NCBI GenBank assembly: GCA_038087875.1
Contig: JAXLNO010000338.1
Coordinates: 1 to 64,000, forward strand
Source: Malacoraja senta
Taxonomy: Eukaryota
Direction of reading: 5' to 3'
DNA: 64,000 nucleotides
Shown: positions 24,301 through 39,889 of the stretch, piece after piece
Position numbering within the stretch: position 1 is the first letter of the stretch
Layout: each line of letters starts with the position of its first letter
Made by a program: the position numbers and the translations under genes
The notes under the pieces: generated by a model
Seen by the model: the letters and a program-made list of their open reading frames with translations, nothing else
Databases searched by the model: none
What the model was told of the DNA's origin: nothing

Positions 24301-27300
24301 AAGGTCGCCATAAATCCGGCAAGGTCGCAATAAACCCGGCGAGGTCGCCATATTTCCGGCAAGGTCGCCACAAATCCGGCAAGGTCGCCATAAATCCGGC
24401 AAGGTCGCCAGAAATCTAGCAAGGTCGCCATATTTCCGGCAAGGTCGCCATAAATCCGGCGAGGTCGCCATATTTCTGGCAAGGTCGCCATAAATCCGGC
24501 GAGGTCGCCATATTTCCGGCATGGTCGCCATATATCCGGCAAGGTCGCCATAAATCCGGCGAGGTCGCCATATTTCCGGCAAAGTCGCCACAAATCCGGC
24601 AAGGTCGCCATAAATCCGGCAAGGTCGCCATATTTCCTGCATGTTCGCCACAAATCCGGCAAGGTCGCCATATTTCCGGCAAGGTCGCCGTAAATCCGGC
24701 AAGGTCGCAACAAATCCGGCGAGGACGCCATATTCCCGGCAAGGTCGCCATAAATCCGGTAAGGTCGCCAAAAATCCGGAGAGGTCGCCATATGCCATCA
24801 AGGTCGCCAAAAATCCGGAGAGGTCGCCATATTACCGGCAAGGTCTCCATAAATCCGGCAAGGTCGCCATAAATCCGGCGAGGTCGCCATATGTCCATCA
24901 AGGTGGCCACAAATTCGGCGAGGTCGCCATATTTCCGGCAAGGTCGCCATATATCCGGCAAGGTCGCCATAAATCCGGCCAGGTCGCCATATTTCCTGCA
25001 AGGTCGCCGTAAATCCGGCAAGGTCGCAACAAATCCGGCGAGGACGCCATATTTCCGGGAAGGTCGCCATAAATCCGGCGAGGTCGCCATATTTCCGGCA
25101 AGGTCGACAGAAATCCAGCAAGGTCGCCATAAATCCAGCAAGGTCGCCACAAATCCGGCAAGGTCGCCATATTTCCGGCAAGGTCGCATTATTTCCGGCA
25201 AGGTCGCCATAAATCCGGCGAGGACGCCACAAATCCGGCAAGGTCACCATATGTCTGGCAAGGTCGCCATATGTCCGGCGAGGTCGCCATATTTCCGGCA
25301 AAGTCGCCACAAATCCGGCAAGGTCGTCATAAATCCGGCGAGGTCGCCATATTTCCGGAGTCGCCACAAATCCTGCAAGGTCGCCATAAATCCGGAGAGG
25401 TCGCCATATTTCAGGCAAGGTCGCCACAAATCCGTAAAGGTCGCCATAAATCCGGCGAGGTCGCCATATTTCCGGCATGGTCGGCATAAATCCGGCAAAG
25501 TCGCCACAAATCCGGCCAGGACGCCATATTGCCGGCAATGTCGCCATAAATCCGGCAAGGTCGCCATAAATGCGGCGAGGTCGCCATATTTCCAGCAAGG
25601 TCGCCACAAATCTGGCAAGATCGCCATAAATCCGGCGAGGTCGCCATATTTCAGGCAAGGTCGCCACAAATCCGGAAATGCGCCATAAATCCGGCAAGGT
25701 CGCCATAAATCCGGCAAGGTCGCCACAAATACGGCTAGGTCGCCATATTTTCGGCGAGGTCGGCATAAATCCGGCAAGGTCGCCACAAATCAAGGTCGCC
25801 ATATTTCCGGCAAGGTCTCCATAATTCCGACAAGGTCGCCACAAATCCGGCGTGCTCGCAATATTTCCTGCAAGGTCGCCACAAATCCGTCAAGGTCGCC
25901 ATAAATCCGGCGAGGTCGCCATATATCCGGCGAGGTCGCCATATTTCCGGCAAGGTCGCCACAAATCCGGCAAGGACGTCATAAATCCGGTGAGGTCGCC
26001 ATTTTTCCGGCGTCGCCACAAATCCTGCAAGGTCGCCATAAATCCGGAGAGGTCGCCATAAATCCGGCAATGTCGCCACAAATACGGCAAGGTCGCCATA
26101 ATTCCGTCATAGTAGCCATAAATCCGGCAAGGTCGCCACAAAACCGGCAAGGTCGCCATAATTCGGGCAAGGTCGCCATAAATCCGGCATGGTCGCCATA
26201 AATCCGGCGAGGTCGCCACTTTTCCGGCAAGGTCGTCCTAAATCCGGCGAGGCCGCCATAAATCCGGCGTGGTCGCATATTTCCGGCAAGGTCGCCATAA
26301 ATCCGGCGAGGTCGCCATAAATCCGGCAAGGTCGCCATTTTTCCGGAAAGGTCGCCATAAATCCCGCAAGGTCGCCACAAATCCGGCAACGTCGACATAT
26401 TTCCAGCAAGGTGTCCATAAATCAGGCAAGGTCGCCACAAATCCGGCAAGGTGGACATATTTCAGGCGAGGTCGTCACAAATCCAGCAAGGTCGCCATAA
26501 ATCCGGCAAGGTCGACATATTTCCAGCATGGTCTCCATAAATCCGGCATGGTCACCACAAATCCGGCAAGGTCGCAATATTTCCGGCGAGGTCGTCATAA
26601 ATCCGGCAAGGTCGCCACAAATCCGGCAAGGTCGCAATATTCCCGGCAAGGTCGCCAGAAATCCGGCAATGTCGCCACAAATCTGGCGAGGTAGCCATAT
26701 TTCCGGCAAGGTCGCCATAAACCCGGCAAGGTCGCCACAAATCCGGCGAGGTCGCCTTATTTCCGGCAAGGTCGCCATAAATCCGGCAAGGTCGCCACAA
26801 AGACGGCGAGGTCGCCATATTTCCGGCAAGGTCGGCATAAATCCGGCAAGGTCGCCATAAATCAAGGTCGCCATATTTCCGGCAAGGTCGCCATAATTCC
26901 GACAAGGTCGCCACAAATCCGGCGAGGTCGCCATATTTCCAGCAAGGTCGCCACAAATCGGGCAAGGTCGCCATAGATCCGGCGATGTCGCCATATTTCA
27001 GGCAAGGTCGCCACAAATCCGGAAAGGTCGCCATAAATCCGGCGAGGTCGCCATCTTTCAGGCAAGGTCGCCACAAATCCGGCAAAGTCGCCACAAATCC
27101 GGCCAGGACGCCATATTTCCGGCAATGTCGCCATAAATCCGGCAAGGTCGCCATAAATGCGGCGAGGTCGCCATATTTCCAGCAAGGTCGCCACAAATCT
27201 GGCAAGATCGCCATAAATCCGGCGAGGTCGCCATATTTCCGGCAAGGTCGCCACAAATCCGGAAATGCGCCATAAATCCGGCAAGGTCGCCATAAATCCG

Positions 27301-30060
27301 GCAAGGTCGCCACAAATCCGGCGAGGTCGCCATATTTCCGGCAAAGTCGCCATAAATCCGGCAAGGTCGCCACAAATACGGCTAGCTCGCCATATATCCG
27401 GCAAGGTCGGCATAAATCCAACAAGGTCGCCACAAATCAAGGTCGCCATATTTCCGGCAAGGTCTCCATAAATCCGGCATCGTCGCCACAAATCCGGCAA
27501 GGTCGCCATATTTCCGGCAAGGTCGCCACAAATCCGTCAAGGTCGCCTTAAATCCGGCGAGGTCGCCATATTTCCGGCAAGGTCGCCATAAATCCGGCAA
27601 GGTCGCCACAAATACGGCTAGGTCGCCATATTTCCGGCAAGGTCGCCACAAATCCGGCAAGGTCGCCATAAATCCGGCGAGGTCGCATATTTCCGGCAAG
27701 TTCGCCACAAATCTGGAAAGGTCGCCATAAATCCGGCAAATTCGCCACAAAACCGGCAAGGTCGCCATAATTCGGGCAAGGTCGCCATAAATACGGCATG
27801 ATCACCATATGTCTGGCAACGTCGCCATATATCCGGCGAGGTCGCCATATTTCCGGCAAGGTCGCCACACATCCGGCAAGGTCGTCATAAATCCGGCGAG
27901 GTCGCCATATTTCCGGCGTCGCCACAAATCCTGCAAGGTCGCCATAAATCCGGAGAGGTCGCCATATTTCAGGCAAGGTCGCCACAAATCCGGAAAGGTC
28001 GCCATAAATCCGGCAATGTCGCCACAAATACGGCAAGGTCGCCATAATTCCGTCATAGTAGCCATAAATCCGGCAAGGTCGCCACAAAACCGGCAAGGTC
28101 GCCATAATTCGGGCAAGGTCGCTATAAATCCGGCATGTCGCCATAAATCCGGCGAGGTCGCCACATTTCCGGCAAGGGCGTCATAAATCCGGCGAGGTCG
28201 CCATAAATCCGGCAAGGTCGCCATTTTTCCGGAAAGGTCGCCATAAATCCTGCAAGGTCGCCACAAATCCGGCAACGTCGACATATTTCCAGCAAGGTGT
28301 CCATAAATCAGGCAAGGTCGCCACAAATCCGGCAAGGTGGCCATATTTCAGGCGAGGTCGTCACAAATCCCGCAAGGTCGCCATAAATCCGGCAAGGTCG
28401 ACATATTTCCAGCAAGGTCTCCATAAATCCGGCATGGTCACCACAAATCCGGCAAGGTCGCAATATTTCCGGCGAGGTCGTCATAAATCCGGCAAGGTCG
28501 CCACATATCCGGCAAGGTCGCAATATTCCCGGCAAGGTCGCCAGAAATCCGGCAATGTCGCCACAAATCTGGCGAGGTAGCCATATTTCCGGCAAGGTCG
28601 CCATAAACCCGGCAAGGTCGCCACAAATCCGGCGAGGTCGCCTTATTTCCGGCAAGGTCGCCATAAATCCGGCAAGGTCGCCACAAATACGGCTAGGTCG
28701 CCATATTTCCGGCAAGGTCGGCATAAACCCGGCAAGGTCGCCATAAATCAAGGTCGCCATATTTCCGGCAAGGTCGCCGTAATTCCGACAAGGTCGCCAC
28801 AAATCCGGCGAGGTCGCCATATTTCCGGCAAGGTCGCCACAAATCCGGCAAGGTCGCCATAAACCCGGCGAGGTCGCCATATTTCCGGCAAGGTCGCCAT
28901 AAATCCGGCAAGGTCGCCACAAATACGGCTAGGTCGCCATATTTCCGGCAAGGTCGCAACAAATCCGGCAAGGTCGCCATAAATCCGGCGAGGTCGCATA
29001 ATTCCGGCAAGTTCGCCACAAATCCGGAAAGGTCGCCATAAATCCGGCAAATTCGCCACAAAACCGGCAAGGTCGCCATAATTCGGGCAAGGTCGCCATA
29101 GATCCGGCATGGTCGCCATAAATCCGGCGTGATCGCCACATTTCCGGCAAGGTCCTCCTAAATCCGGCGAGGCCGCCATAAATCCGGCGTGGTCGCCATA
29201 TTTCCGGCAAGGTCGCCATAAATCCGGCGAGGTCGCCATAAATCCGGCGAGGTCGCCATATGTCCATCAAGGTCGCCATAAACCCGGCAAGGTAGCCACA
29301 AATCCGGCAAGGTCGCCTTATTTCCGGCAAGGTCTCCACAAATCCGGCCAGGGCGCCATAATTCCGGCGAGGACGCCATATTTCCGGCAAGGTCGCCATA
29401 AATCCGGCAAGGTCGCCAAAAATCCGGAGAAGTCGCATATTTCCGGCAAGTTCTCCACAAATCCGGAAAGGTCGCCATAAATCCGGCAAATTCGCCACAA
29501 AACCGGCAAGGTCGCCATAATTCGGGCAAGGTCGCCATAGATCCGGCATGGTCGCCATAAATCCGGCGTGATCGCCACATTTCCGGCAAGGTCCTCCTAA
29601 ATCCGGCGAGTCCGCCATAAATCCGGCGTGTCGCCATATTTCCGGCAAGGTCGCCACAAATCCGGCGAGGTCGCCATAAATCCGGCGAGGTCGCCATTTT
29701 TCGGCAAGGTCGCCATAATTCCGGCAAGTTCGCCATAAATCAGGTAAAGTCGCCACAAATCCGGCAAGGTCGCCATTTTTCCGGCAAGGTCGCCATAAAT
29801 CCCGCAAGGCCGCCACAAATCCGGAAAGGTCGACATATTTCCAGCAAGGTGTCCATAAATCAGGGAAGGTCGCCACAAATCCGGCAAGGTCGCCATATTT
29901 CAGGCGAGGTCGTCATAAATCCGGCAAGGTCGCCACAAATCAGGCAAGGTCGCCATATTCCCGGCAAGGTCGCCAGAAAACCGGCAAGGTCGCCACAAAT
30001 CCGGCAAGGTCGCCATAAATCCGGCGAGGTCGCCATATGTCCGTCAAGGTCGCCATAAAT

Positions 30061-31760
30061 CCGGCAAGGTAGCCACAAATCAGGCAAGGTCGCCTTATTT
30101 CCGGCAAGGTCGCCACAAATCCGGCCAAGGCGGTATAATTCCGGCATGGTCGCCATAAATCCCGCAAGGTCGCCACAAATCCGGCAAGGTCGACATATTT
30201 CCAGCAAGGTCTCCATAAATCAGGCAAGGTCGCCACAAATCCGGCAAGGTCGCTATATTTCCGGCGAGGTCGTCATGAATCCGGCAAGGTCGCCACAAAT
30301 CCGGCAAGGTCGCCATATTCCCGGCAATGTCGCCATAAATCCCGCGAGGTGGCCATATTTCCGGCAAGGTCGCCATATTTCCGGCAAGTTCGCCACAAAT
30401 TCGGCGAGGTCGCCATATTTCCGGCAAGGTCGCCATATACCCGGCAAGGTCGACATAAATCCGGCGAGGTCGCCATATTTCCGGCAAGGTCGCCATAAAT
30501 CCGGCAATGTCGCAACAAATCCGGCAAGGTCGCCATATTTCCGGCAAGGTCGCCACAAATCCGGCATGGTCGCTATAAATCCGGCGAGGTCGCCATATTT
30601 CCGACAAGGTCGCCACAAATCCGGCGAGGTCGCCATATCTCCGGCAAGGTCGCCACAAATCCGGCAAGGTCGCTATAAATCCGGCGAGGACGCCATATTT
30701 CCGGCAAGGTCGCCATAAATCCGGCAAGGTCGCCAAAAATCCGGAGAAGTCGCCATATTTCCGGCAAGGTCGCCACAAATCCGGCAAGGTCGCCATAAAT
30801 CCGGCGAGGTCGCCATAAATCCGGCGAGGTCGCCATAAATCCGGCGAGGACGCCATATTTCCGGCAAGGTCGCCATATATCCGGCGAGGTCGCCATTTAT
30901 CCGGCAAGGTCGCCATAAATCCGGCAAGGTAGCCACAAATCAGGCAAGGTCGCCTTATTTCCGGCAAGGTCGCCACAAATCCGGCCAAGGCGGTATAATT
31001 CCGGCATGGTCGCCATAAATCCCGCAAGGTCGCCACAAATCCGGCAAGGTCGACATATTTCCAGCAAGGTCTCCATAAATCAGGCAAGGTCGCCACAAAT
31101 CCGGCAAGGTCGCTATATTTCCGGCGAGGTCGTCATGAATCCGGCAAGGTCGCCACAAATCCGGCAAGGTCGCCATATTCCCGGCAATGTCGCCATAAAT
31201 CCCGCGAGGTGGCCATATTTCCGGCAAGGTCGCCATATTTCCGGCAAGTTCGCCACAAATTCGGCGAGGTCGCCATATTTCCGGCAAGGTCGCCATATAC
31301 CCGGCAAGGTCGACATAAATCCGGCGAGGTCGCCATATTTCCGGCAAGGTCGCCATAAATCCGGCAATGTCGCAACAAATCCGGCAAGGTCGCCATATTT
31401 CCGGCAAGGTCGCCACAAATCCGGCATGGTCGCTATAAATCCGGCGAGGTCGCCATATTTCCGACAAGGTCGCCACAAATCCGGCGAGGTCGCCATATCT
31501 CCGGCAAGGTCGCCACAAATCCGGCAAGGTCGCTATAAATCCGGCGAGGACGCCATATTCCGGCAAGGTCGCCATAAATCCGGCAAGGTCGCCAAAAATC
31601 CGGAGAAGTCGCCATATTTCCGGCAAGGTCGCCACAAATCCGGCAAGGTCGCCATAAATCCGGCGAGGTCGCCATAAATCCGGCGAGGTCGCCATAAATC
31701 CGGCGAGGACGCCATATCTCCGGCAAGGTCGCCATATATCCGGCGAGGTCGCCATTTATC
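30061..31760. repeat. Tandem duplication, 860-bp (43-monomer) period
   Basis: 30061 and 30921 start identical variant series. ORFs 30253/31113 and 30273/31133 are identical and offset by 860. Confidence 0.88.
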
Positions 31761-34700
31761 CGGCAAGGTCGCAATAAATCCGACGAGGTCGCGATATTTC
31801 CGGCAAGGTCGCCGCAAACCCGGCAAGGTCGCCATAAATCCGGCAAGGTCGCAGCAAATCCAGCAAGGTCGCCATATTTCCGGCAAGGTCGCCATAAACC
31901 TGGCGAGGTCGCCATCTTTCCGGCAAGGTCGCCATAAACCGGCGAGGTGGCCATATTTCCGGCAAGGTCGCCATATTTCGGGCAAGTTCGCCACAAATTC
32001 GGCGAGGTCGCCATATTTCGGCAAGGACGCCATATATCCGGCAAGGGCGCCATAAATCCGGCGAGGTCGCCATATTCCCGGCAAAGTCACCACAAATCCG
32101 GCAAGGTCGCCATAAATCCGGCAAGGTCGCCGTAAATCCGGCAAGGTCGCAACAAATCCGGCGAGGACGCCATATTTCCGGCAAGGTCGCCATAAATCCG
32201 GCAAGGTCGCAGTAAATCCAGCAAGGTCGCCATATTTCCGGCAAGGTCGCCATAAACCTGGCGAGGTCGCCATCTTTCCGGCAAGGTCGCCATAAACCGG
32301 CGAGGTGGCCATATTTCCGGCAAGGTCGCCATATTTCGGGCAAGTTCGCGACAATTCCGGCAAGGTCGCCATAATTCGGGCAAGGTCGCCATAGATCCGG
32401 CATGGTCGCCATAAATCCGGCGTGATCGCCACATTTCCGGCAAGGTCCTCCTAAATCCGGCGAGGCCGCCATAAATCCGGCGTGGTCGCCATATTTCCGG
32501 CAAGGTCGCCATAAATCCGGCGAGGTCGCCATAAATCCGGCGAGGTCGCCATTTTCCGGCAAGGTCGCCATAATTCCGGCAAGTTCGCCATAAATCAGGT
32601 AAAGTCGCCACAAATCCGGCAAGGTCGCCATTTTTCCGGCAAGGTCGCCATAAATCCCGCAAGGTCGCCACAAATCCGGAAAGGTCGACATATTTCCAGC
32701 AAGGTGTCCATAAATCAGGGAAGGTCGCCACAAATCCGGCAAGGTCGCCATATTTTCAGGCGAGGTCGTCATAAATCCCCGCAAGGTCGCCATAAATCCG
32801 GCAAGGTCGACATATTTCCACCAAGGTCTCCATAAATCCGGCATGGTCGCCACAAATCCGGCAAGGTCGCAATATTACCGGCGAGGTCGTCATAAATCCG
32901 GCAAGGTGGCCACAAATCAGGGAAGGTCGCCATATTCCCGGCAAGGTCGCCAGAAATCCGGCAAGGTCGCCACAAATCCGGCAAGGTCGCCATAAATCCG
33001 GCGAGGTCGCCATATGTCCGTCAAGGTCGCCATAAATCCGGCAAGGTAGCCACAAATCAGGCAAGGTCGCCTTATTTCCGGCAAGGTCGCCACAAATCCG
33101 GCCAAGGCGGTATAATTCCGGCATGGTCGCCATAAATCCCGCAAGGTCGCCACAAATCCGGCAAGGTCGACATATTTCCAGCAAGGTCTCCATAAATCAG
33201 GCAAGGTCGCCACAAATCCGGCAAGGTCGCTATATTTCCGGCGAGGTCGTCATGAATCCGGCAAGGTCGCCACAAATCCGGCAAGGTCGCCATATTCCCG
33301 GCAATGTCGCCATAAATCCCGCGAGGTGGCCATATTTCCGGCAAGGTCGCCATATTTCCGGCAAGTTCGCCACAAATTCGGCGAGGTCGCCATATTTCCG
33401 GCAAGGTCGCCATATACCCGGCAAGGTCGACATAAATCCGGCGAGGTCGCCATATTTCCGGCAAGGTCGCCATAAATCCGGCAATGTCGCAACAAATCCG
33501 GCAAGGTCGCCATATTTCCGGCAAGGTCGCCACAAATCCGGCATGGTCGCTATAAATCCGGCGAGGTCGCCATATTTCCGACAAGGTCGCCACAAATCCG
33601 GCGAGGTCGCCATATCTCCGGCAAGGTCGCCAAAAATCCGGCAAGGTCGCCATAAATCCGGCGAGGTCGCCATAAATCCGGCGAGGTCGCCATAAATCCG
33701 GCGAGGACGCCATATTTCCGGCAAGGTCGCCATATATCCGGCGAGGTCGCCATTTATCCGGCAAGGTCGCAATAAATCCGACGAGGTCGCGATATTTCCG
33801 GCAAGGTCGCCACAAACCCGGCAAGGTCGCCATAAATCCGGCAAGGTCGCAGTAAATCCAGCAAGGTCGCCATATTTCCGGCAAGGTCGCCATAAACCTG
33901 GCGAGGTCGCCATCTTTCCGGCAAGGTCGCCATAAACCGGCGAGGTGGCCATATTTCCGGCAAGGTCGCCATATTTCGGGCAAGTTCGCCACAAATTCGG
34001 CGAGGTCGCCATATTTCCGGCAAGGACGCCATATATCCGGCAAGGGCGCCATAAATCCGGCGAGGTCGCCATATTCCCGGCAAAGTCACCACAACACCGG
34101 CAAGGTCGCCATAAATCCGGCAAGGTCGCCATGTTGCCGGCAAGTTCGCCACAATTCAGGCAAGGTCGCCATATTTCCGGCAAGGTCGCCGTAAATCCGG
34201 CAAGGTCGCAACAAATCCGGCGAGGACGCCATATTTCCGGCAAGGTCGCCATAAATCCGGCAAGGTCGCAGTAAATCCAGCAAGGTCGCCATATTTCCGG
34301 CAAGGTCGCCATAAACCTGGCGAGGTCGCCATCTTTCCGGCAAGGTCGCCATAAACCGGCGAGGTGGCCATATTTCCGGCAAGGTCGCCATATTTCGGGC
34401 AAGTTCGCCACAATTCCGGCAAGGTCGCCATATTTCCGGCAAGGTCGCCGTAAATCCGGCAAGGTCGCAACAAATCCGGCGAGGACACCATATTTCCGGC
34501 AAGGTCGCCATAAATCCGGCAAGGTCCCCAAAAATCCGGAGAGGTCGCCATATCTCCGGCAAGGTCGCCATAAATCCGGCAAGGTCGCCACAAATACGGC
34601 TAGGTCGCCATATTTCCGGCAAGGTCGCCACAAATCCGGCAAGGTCGCCATAAATCCGGCGAGGTCGCATATTTCCGGCAAGTTCGCCACAAATCCGGAA

Positions 34701-37700
34701 AGGTCGCCATAAATCCGGCAAATTCGCCACAAAACCGGCAAGGTCGCCATAATTCGGGCAAGGTCGCCATAGATCCGGCATGGTCGCCATAAATCCGGCG
34801 TGATCGCCACATTTCCGGCAAGGTCGTCCTAAATCCGGCGAGGCCGCCATAAATCCGGCGTGGTCGCCATATGTCCATCAAGGTCGCCATAAACCCGGCA
34901 AGGTAGCCACAAATCCGGCAAGGTCGCCTTATTTCCGGCAAGGTCGCCACAAATCCGGCCAGGGCGCCATAATTCCGGCAAGTGCGCCATAAATCAGGTA
35001 AAGTCGCCACAAATCCGGCAAGGTCGCCATTTTTCCGGCAAGGTCGCCATAAATCCCGCAAGGTCGCCACAAATCCGGAAAGGTCGACATATTTCCAGCA
35101 AGGTGTCCATAAATCAGGGAAGGTCGAACAAATCCGGCAACGTCGCCATATTTCAGGCGAGGTCGTCATAAATCCCGCAAGGTCGCCATAAATCCGGCAA
35201 GGTCGACATATTTCCAGCAAGGTCTCCATAAATCCGGCATGGTCGCCACAAATCCGGCAAAGTCGCAATATTTCCGGCGAGGTCGTCATAAATCCGGCAA
35301 GGTCGCCACAAATCAGGCAAGGTCGCCATATTCCCGGCAAGGTCGCCAGAAATCCGGCAAGGTCGCCACAAATCTGGCGAGGTAGCCATATTTCCGGCAA
35401 GGTCGTCACAAATCCGGCAAGGTCGCCATAAATCCGGCGAGGTCGCATATTTCCGGCAAGGTCGCCATAAATCCGGTAAGGTCGCCACAAATACGGCTAG
35501 GTCGCCATATTTCCGGCAAGGTCGCCATAATTCCGACAAGGCCGCCACAAATCCGGCGTGGTCGCCATATTTCCGGCAAGGTCGCCACAAATCCGGCAAG
35601 GTCGCTATAAATCCGGCGAGGTCGCCATATTTCCGACAAGGTCGCCACAAATCCGGCAAGGTCGCCACAAATACGGCTAGGTCGCCATATTTCCGGCAAG
35701 GTCGCCACAAATCCGGCAAGGTCGCCATAAATCCGGCGAGGTCGCATATTTCCGGCAAGTTCGCCACAAATCCGGAAAGGTCGCCATAAATCCGGCAAAT
35801 TCGCCACAAAACCGACAAGGTCGCCATAATTCGGGCAAGGTCGCCATAGATCCGGCATGGTCGCCATAAATCCGGCGTGATCGCCACATTTCCGGCAAGG
35901 TCGTCCTAAATCCGGCGAGGCCGCCATAAATCCGGCGTGGTCGCCATATTTCCGGCAAGGTCGCCATAAATCCGGCGAGGTCGCCATAAATCCGGCGAGG
36001 TCGCCATATGTCCATCAAGGTCGCCATAAGTCCGGCAAGGTAGCCACAAATCCGGCAAGGTCGCCTTATTTCCGGCAAGGTCGCCACAAATCCGGCCAGG
36101 GCGCCATAATTCCGGCAAGTTCGCCATAAATCAGGTAAAGTCGCCACAAATCCGGCAAGGTCGCCATTTTTCCGGCAAGGTCGCCATAAATCCCGCAAGG
36201 TCGCCACAAATCCGGAAAGGTCGACATATTTCCAGCAAGGTGTCCATAAATCAGGGAAGGTCGCCACAAATCCGGCAACGTCGCCATATTTCAGGCGAGG
36301 TCGTCATAAATCCCGCAAGGTCGCCATAAATCCGGCAAGGTCGACATATTTCCAGCAAGGTCTCCATAAATCCGGCATGGTCGCCACAAATCCGACAAGG
36401 TCGCAATATTTCCGGCGAGGTCGTCATAAATCCGGCAAGGTCGCCACAAATCAGGCAAGGTCGCCATAATTCCGACAAGGTCGCCACAAATCCGGCGTGG
36501 TCGCCATATTTCCGGCAAGGTCGCCACAAATCCGGCAAGGTCGCTATAAATCCGGCGAGGTCGCCATATTTCCGACAAGGTCGCCACAAATCCGGCGAGG
36601 TCGCCATATCTCCGGCAAGGTCGCCACAAATCCGGCAAGGTCGCTATAAATCCGGCGAGGACGCCATATTTCCGGCAAGGTCGCCATATATCCGGCAAGG
36701 TCGCCATAAAACCGGCGAGGTCGCCATATTCCCGGGAAAGTCGCCACAAATCCGGCAAGGTCGCCATAAATCCGGCAAGGTCGCCATGTTTCCGGCAAGT
36801 TCGCCACAATTCCGGCAAGGTCGCCATATTTCCGGCAAGGTCGCCGTAAATCCGGCAAGGTCGCAACAAATCCGGCGAGGACGCCATATTTCCGGCAAGG
36901 TCGCCATAAATCCGGCAAGGTCGCCAAAAATCCGGAGAGGTCGCCATATTTCCGGCAAGGTCGCCACAAATCCGGCAAGGTCGCCATAAATCCGGCGAGG
37001 TCGCCAAATGTCCGTCAAGGTCGCCATAAATCCGGCAAGGTAGCCACAAATCAGGCAAGGTCGCCTTATTTCCGGCAAGGTCGCCACAAATCCGGCCAAG
37101 GCGGCATAATTCCGGCAAGGTCGCCATAAATCCCGCAAGGTCGCCACAAATCCGGCAAGGTCGACATATTTCCAGCAAGGTCTCCATAAATCAGGCAAGG
37201 TCGCCACAAATCCGGCAAGGTCGCTATATTTCCGGCGAGGTCGTCATGAATCCGGCAAGGTCGCCACAAATCCGGCAAGGTCGCCATATTCCCGGCAAGG
37301 TCGCCATAAATCCCGCGAGGTGGCCATATTTCCGGCAAGGTCGCCATATTTCCGGCAAGTTCGCCACAAATTCGGCGAGGTCGCCATATTTCCGGCAAGG
37401 TCGCCATATACCCGGCAAGGTCGACATAAATCCGGCGAGGTCGCCATATTTCCGGCAAGGTCGCCATAAATCCGGCAATGTCGCAACAAATCCGGCAAGG
37501 TCGCCATATTTCCGGCAAGGTCGCCACAAATCCGGCATTGTCGCTATAAATCCGGCGAAGTCGCCATATTTCCGACAAGGTCGCCACAAATCCGGCGAGG
37601 TCGCCATATCTCCGGCAAGGTCGCCACAAATCCGGCAAGGTCGCTATAAATCCGGCGAGGACGCCATATTTCCGGCAAGGTCGCCATAAATCCGGCAAGG

Positions 37701-39889
37701 TCGCCAAAAATCTGGAGAAGTCGCCATATTTCCGGCAAGGTCGCCACAAATCCGGCAAGGTCGCCATAAATCCGGCGAGGTCGCCATAAACCCGGCGAGG
37801 TCGCCATAAATCCGGCGAGGACGCCATATTTCCGGCAAGGTCGCCATATATCCGGCGAGGTCGCCATTTATCCGGCAAGGTCGCAATAAATCCGACGAGG
37901 TCGCGATATTTCCGGCAAGGTCGCCACAAACCCGGCAATGTCGCCATAAATCCGGCAAGGTCGCAGTAAATCCAGCAAGGTCGCCATATTTCCGGCAAGG
38001 TCGCCATAAACCTGGCGAGGTCGCCATCTTTCCGTCAAGGTCGCCATAAACCGGCGAGGTGGCCATATTTGCGGCAAGGTCGCCATATTTCGGTCAAGTT
38101 CGCCACAAATTCGGCGAGGTCGCCATATTTCCGGCAAGGTCGCCATATATCCGGCAAGGGCGCCATAAATCCGGCGAGGTCGCCATATTCCCGGCAAAGT
38201 CACCACAAATCCGGCAAGGTCGCCATAAATCCGGCAAGGTCGCCATGTTTCCGGCAAGTTCGCCACAATTCCGGCAAGGTCGCCATATTTCCGGCAAGGT
38301 CGCCGTAAATCCGGCAAGGTCGCAACAAATCCGGCGAGGACGCCATATTTCCGGCAAGGTCGCCATAAATCCGGCAAGGTCGCCAAAAATCCGGAGAGGT
38401 CGCCATATTTCCGGCAAGGTCGCCACAAATCCGGCAAGGTCGCCATAAATCCGGCGAGGTCGCCATTTGTCCGTCAAGGTCGCCATAAATCCGGCAAGGT
38501 AACCACAAATCAGGCAAGGTCTCCTTATTTCCGGCAAGGTCGCCACAAATCCGGCCAGGGCGGCATAAATTCGGCAAGGTCGCCATAAATCAGGCAAAGT
38601 CGCCACAAATCCGGCAAGGTCGCCATTTTTGCGGCAAGGTCGCCATAAATCCCGCAAGGTCGCCACAAATCCGACGAGGTCGCCTTATTTCCGGCAAGGT
38701 CGCCATAAATCCGGCAAGGTCGCCACAAATACGGCTAGGTCGCCAATTTCCGGCAAGGTCGGCATAAACCCGGCAAGGTCGCCATAAATCAAGGTCGCCA
38801 TATTTCCGGCAAGGTCGCCGTAATTCCGACAAGGTCGCCACAAATCCGGCGAGGTCGCCATATTTCCGGCAAGGTCGCCACAAATCGGGCAAGGTCGCCA
38901 TAAAACCGGCGATGTCGCCATATTTCCGGCACGGTCGCCACAAATCCGGCAAGGTCGCCATAAATCCGGCGAGGTCGCATATTTCCGGCAAGGTCTCCAT
39001 AAATCCGGCATGGTCGCCACAAATCCGGCAAGGTCGCAATATTTCCGGCGAGGTCGTCATAAATCCGGCAAGGTCGCCACAAATCCGGCAGGATCGCCAT
39101 ATTCCCTGCAAGGTCGCCAGAAATCCGGCAAGGTCGCCACAAATCTGGCGAGGAAGCCATATTTCCGGCAAGGTCGCCATAAACCCGGCAAGGTCGCCAC
39201 AAATCCGGCGAGGTCGCCATATTTCCGGCAAGGTCGCCATAAATCCGGCAAGGTCGCCACAAATACGGCTAGGTCGCCATATTTCCGGCAAGGTCGGCAT
39301 AAATCCTGCAAGGTCGCCACAAATCAAGGTCGCCATATTTCCGACAAGGTCGCCATAATTCCGACAAGGTCGCCACAAATCCGGCGAGGTCGCCATATTT
39401 CCGGCAAGGTCGCCACAAATCCGGCAAGGTCGCCATAAATCCGGCGAGGTCGCCATATTTCCGGCAAGGTCGCCATAAATCCGGCAAGGTCGCCACAAAT
39501 ACGGCTAGGTCGCCATATTTCCGGCAAGGTCGCCACAAATCCGGCAAGGTCGCCATAAATCCGGCGAGGTCGCATATTTCCGGCAAGTTCGCCACAAATC
39601 CGGAAAGGTCGCCATAAATCCGGCAAATTCGCCACAAAACCGGCAAGGTCGCCATAATTCGGGCAAGGTCGCCATAGATCCGGCATGGTCGCCATAAATC
39701 CGGCGTGATCGCCATATTTCCGGCAAGGTCGTCCTAAATCCGGCGAGGCCGCCATAAATCCGGCGTGGTCGCCATATTTCCGGCAAGGTCGCCATAAATC
39801 CGGCGAGGTCGCCATAAATCCGGCGAGATCGCCATATGTCCATCAAGGTCGCCATAAACCCGGCAAGGTAGCCACAAATCCGGCAAGGT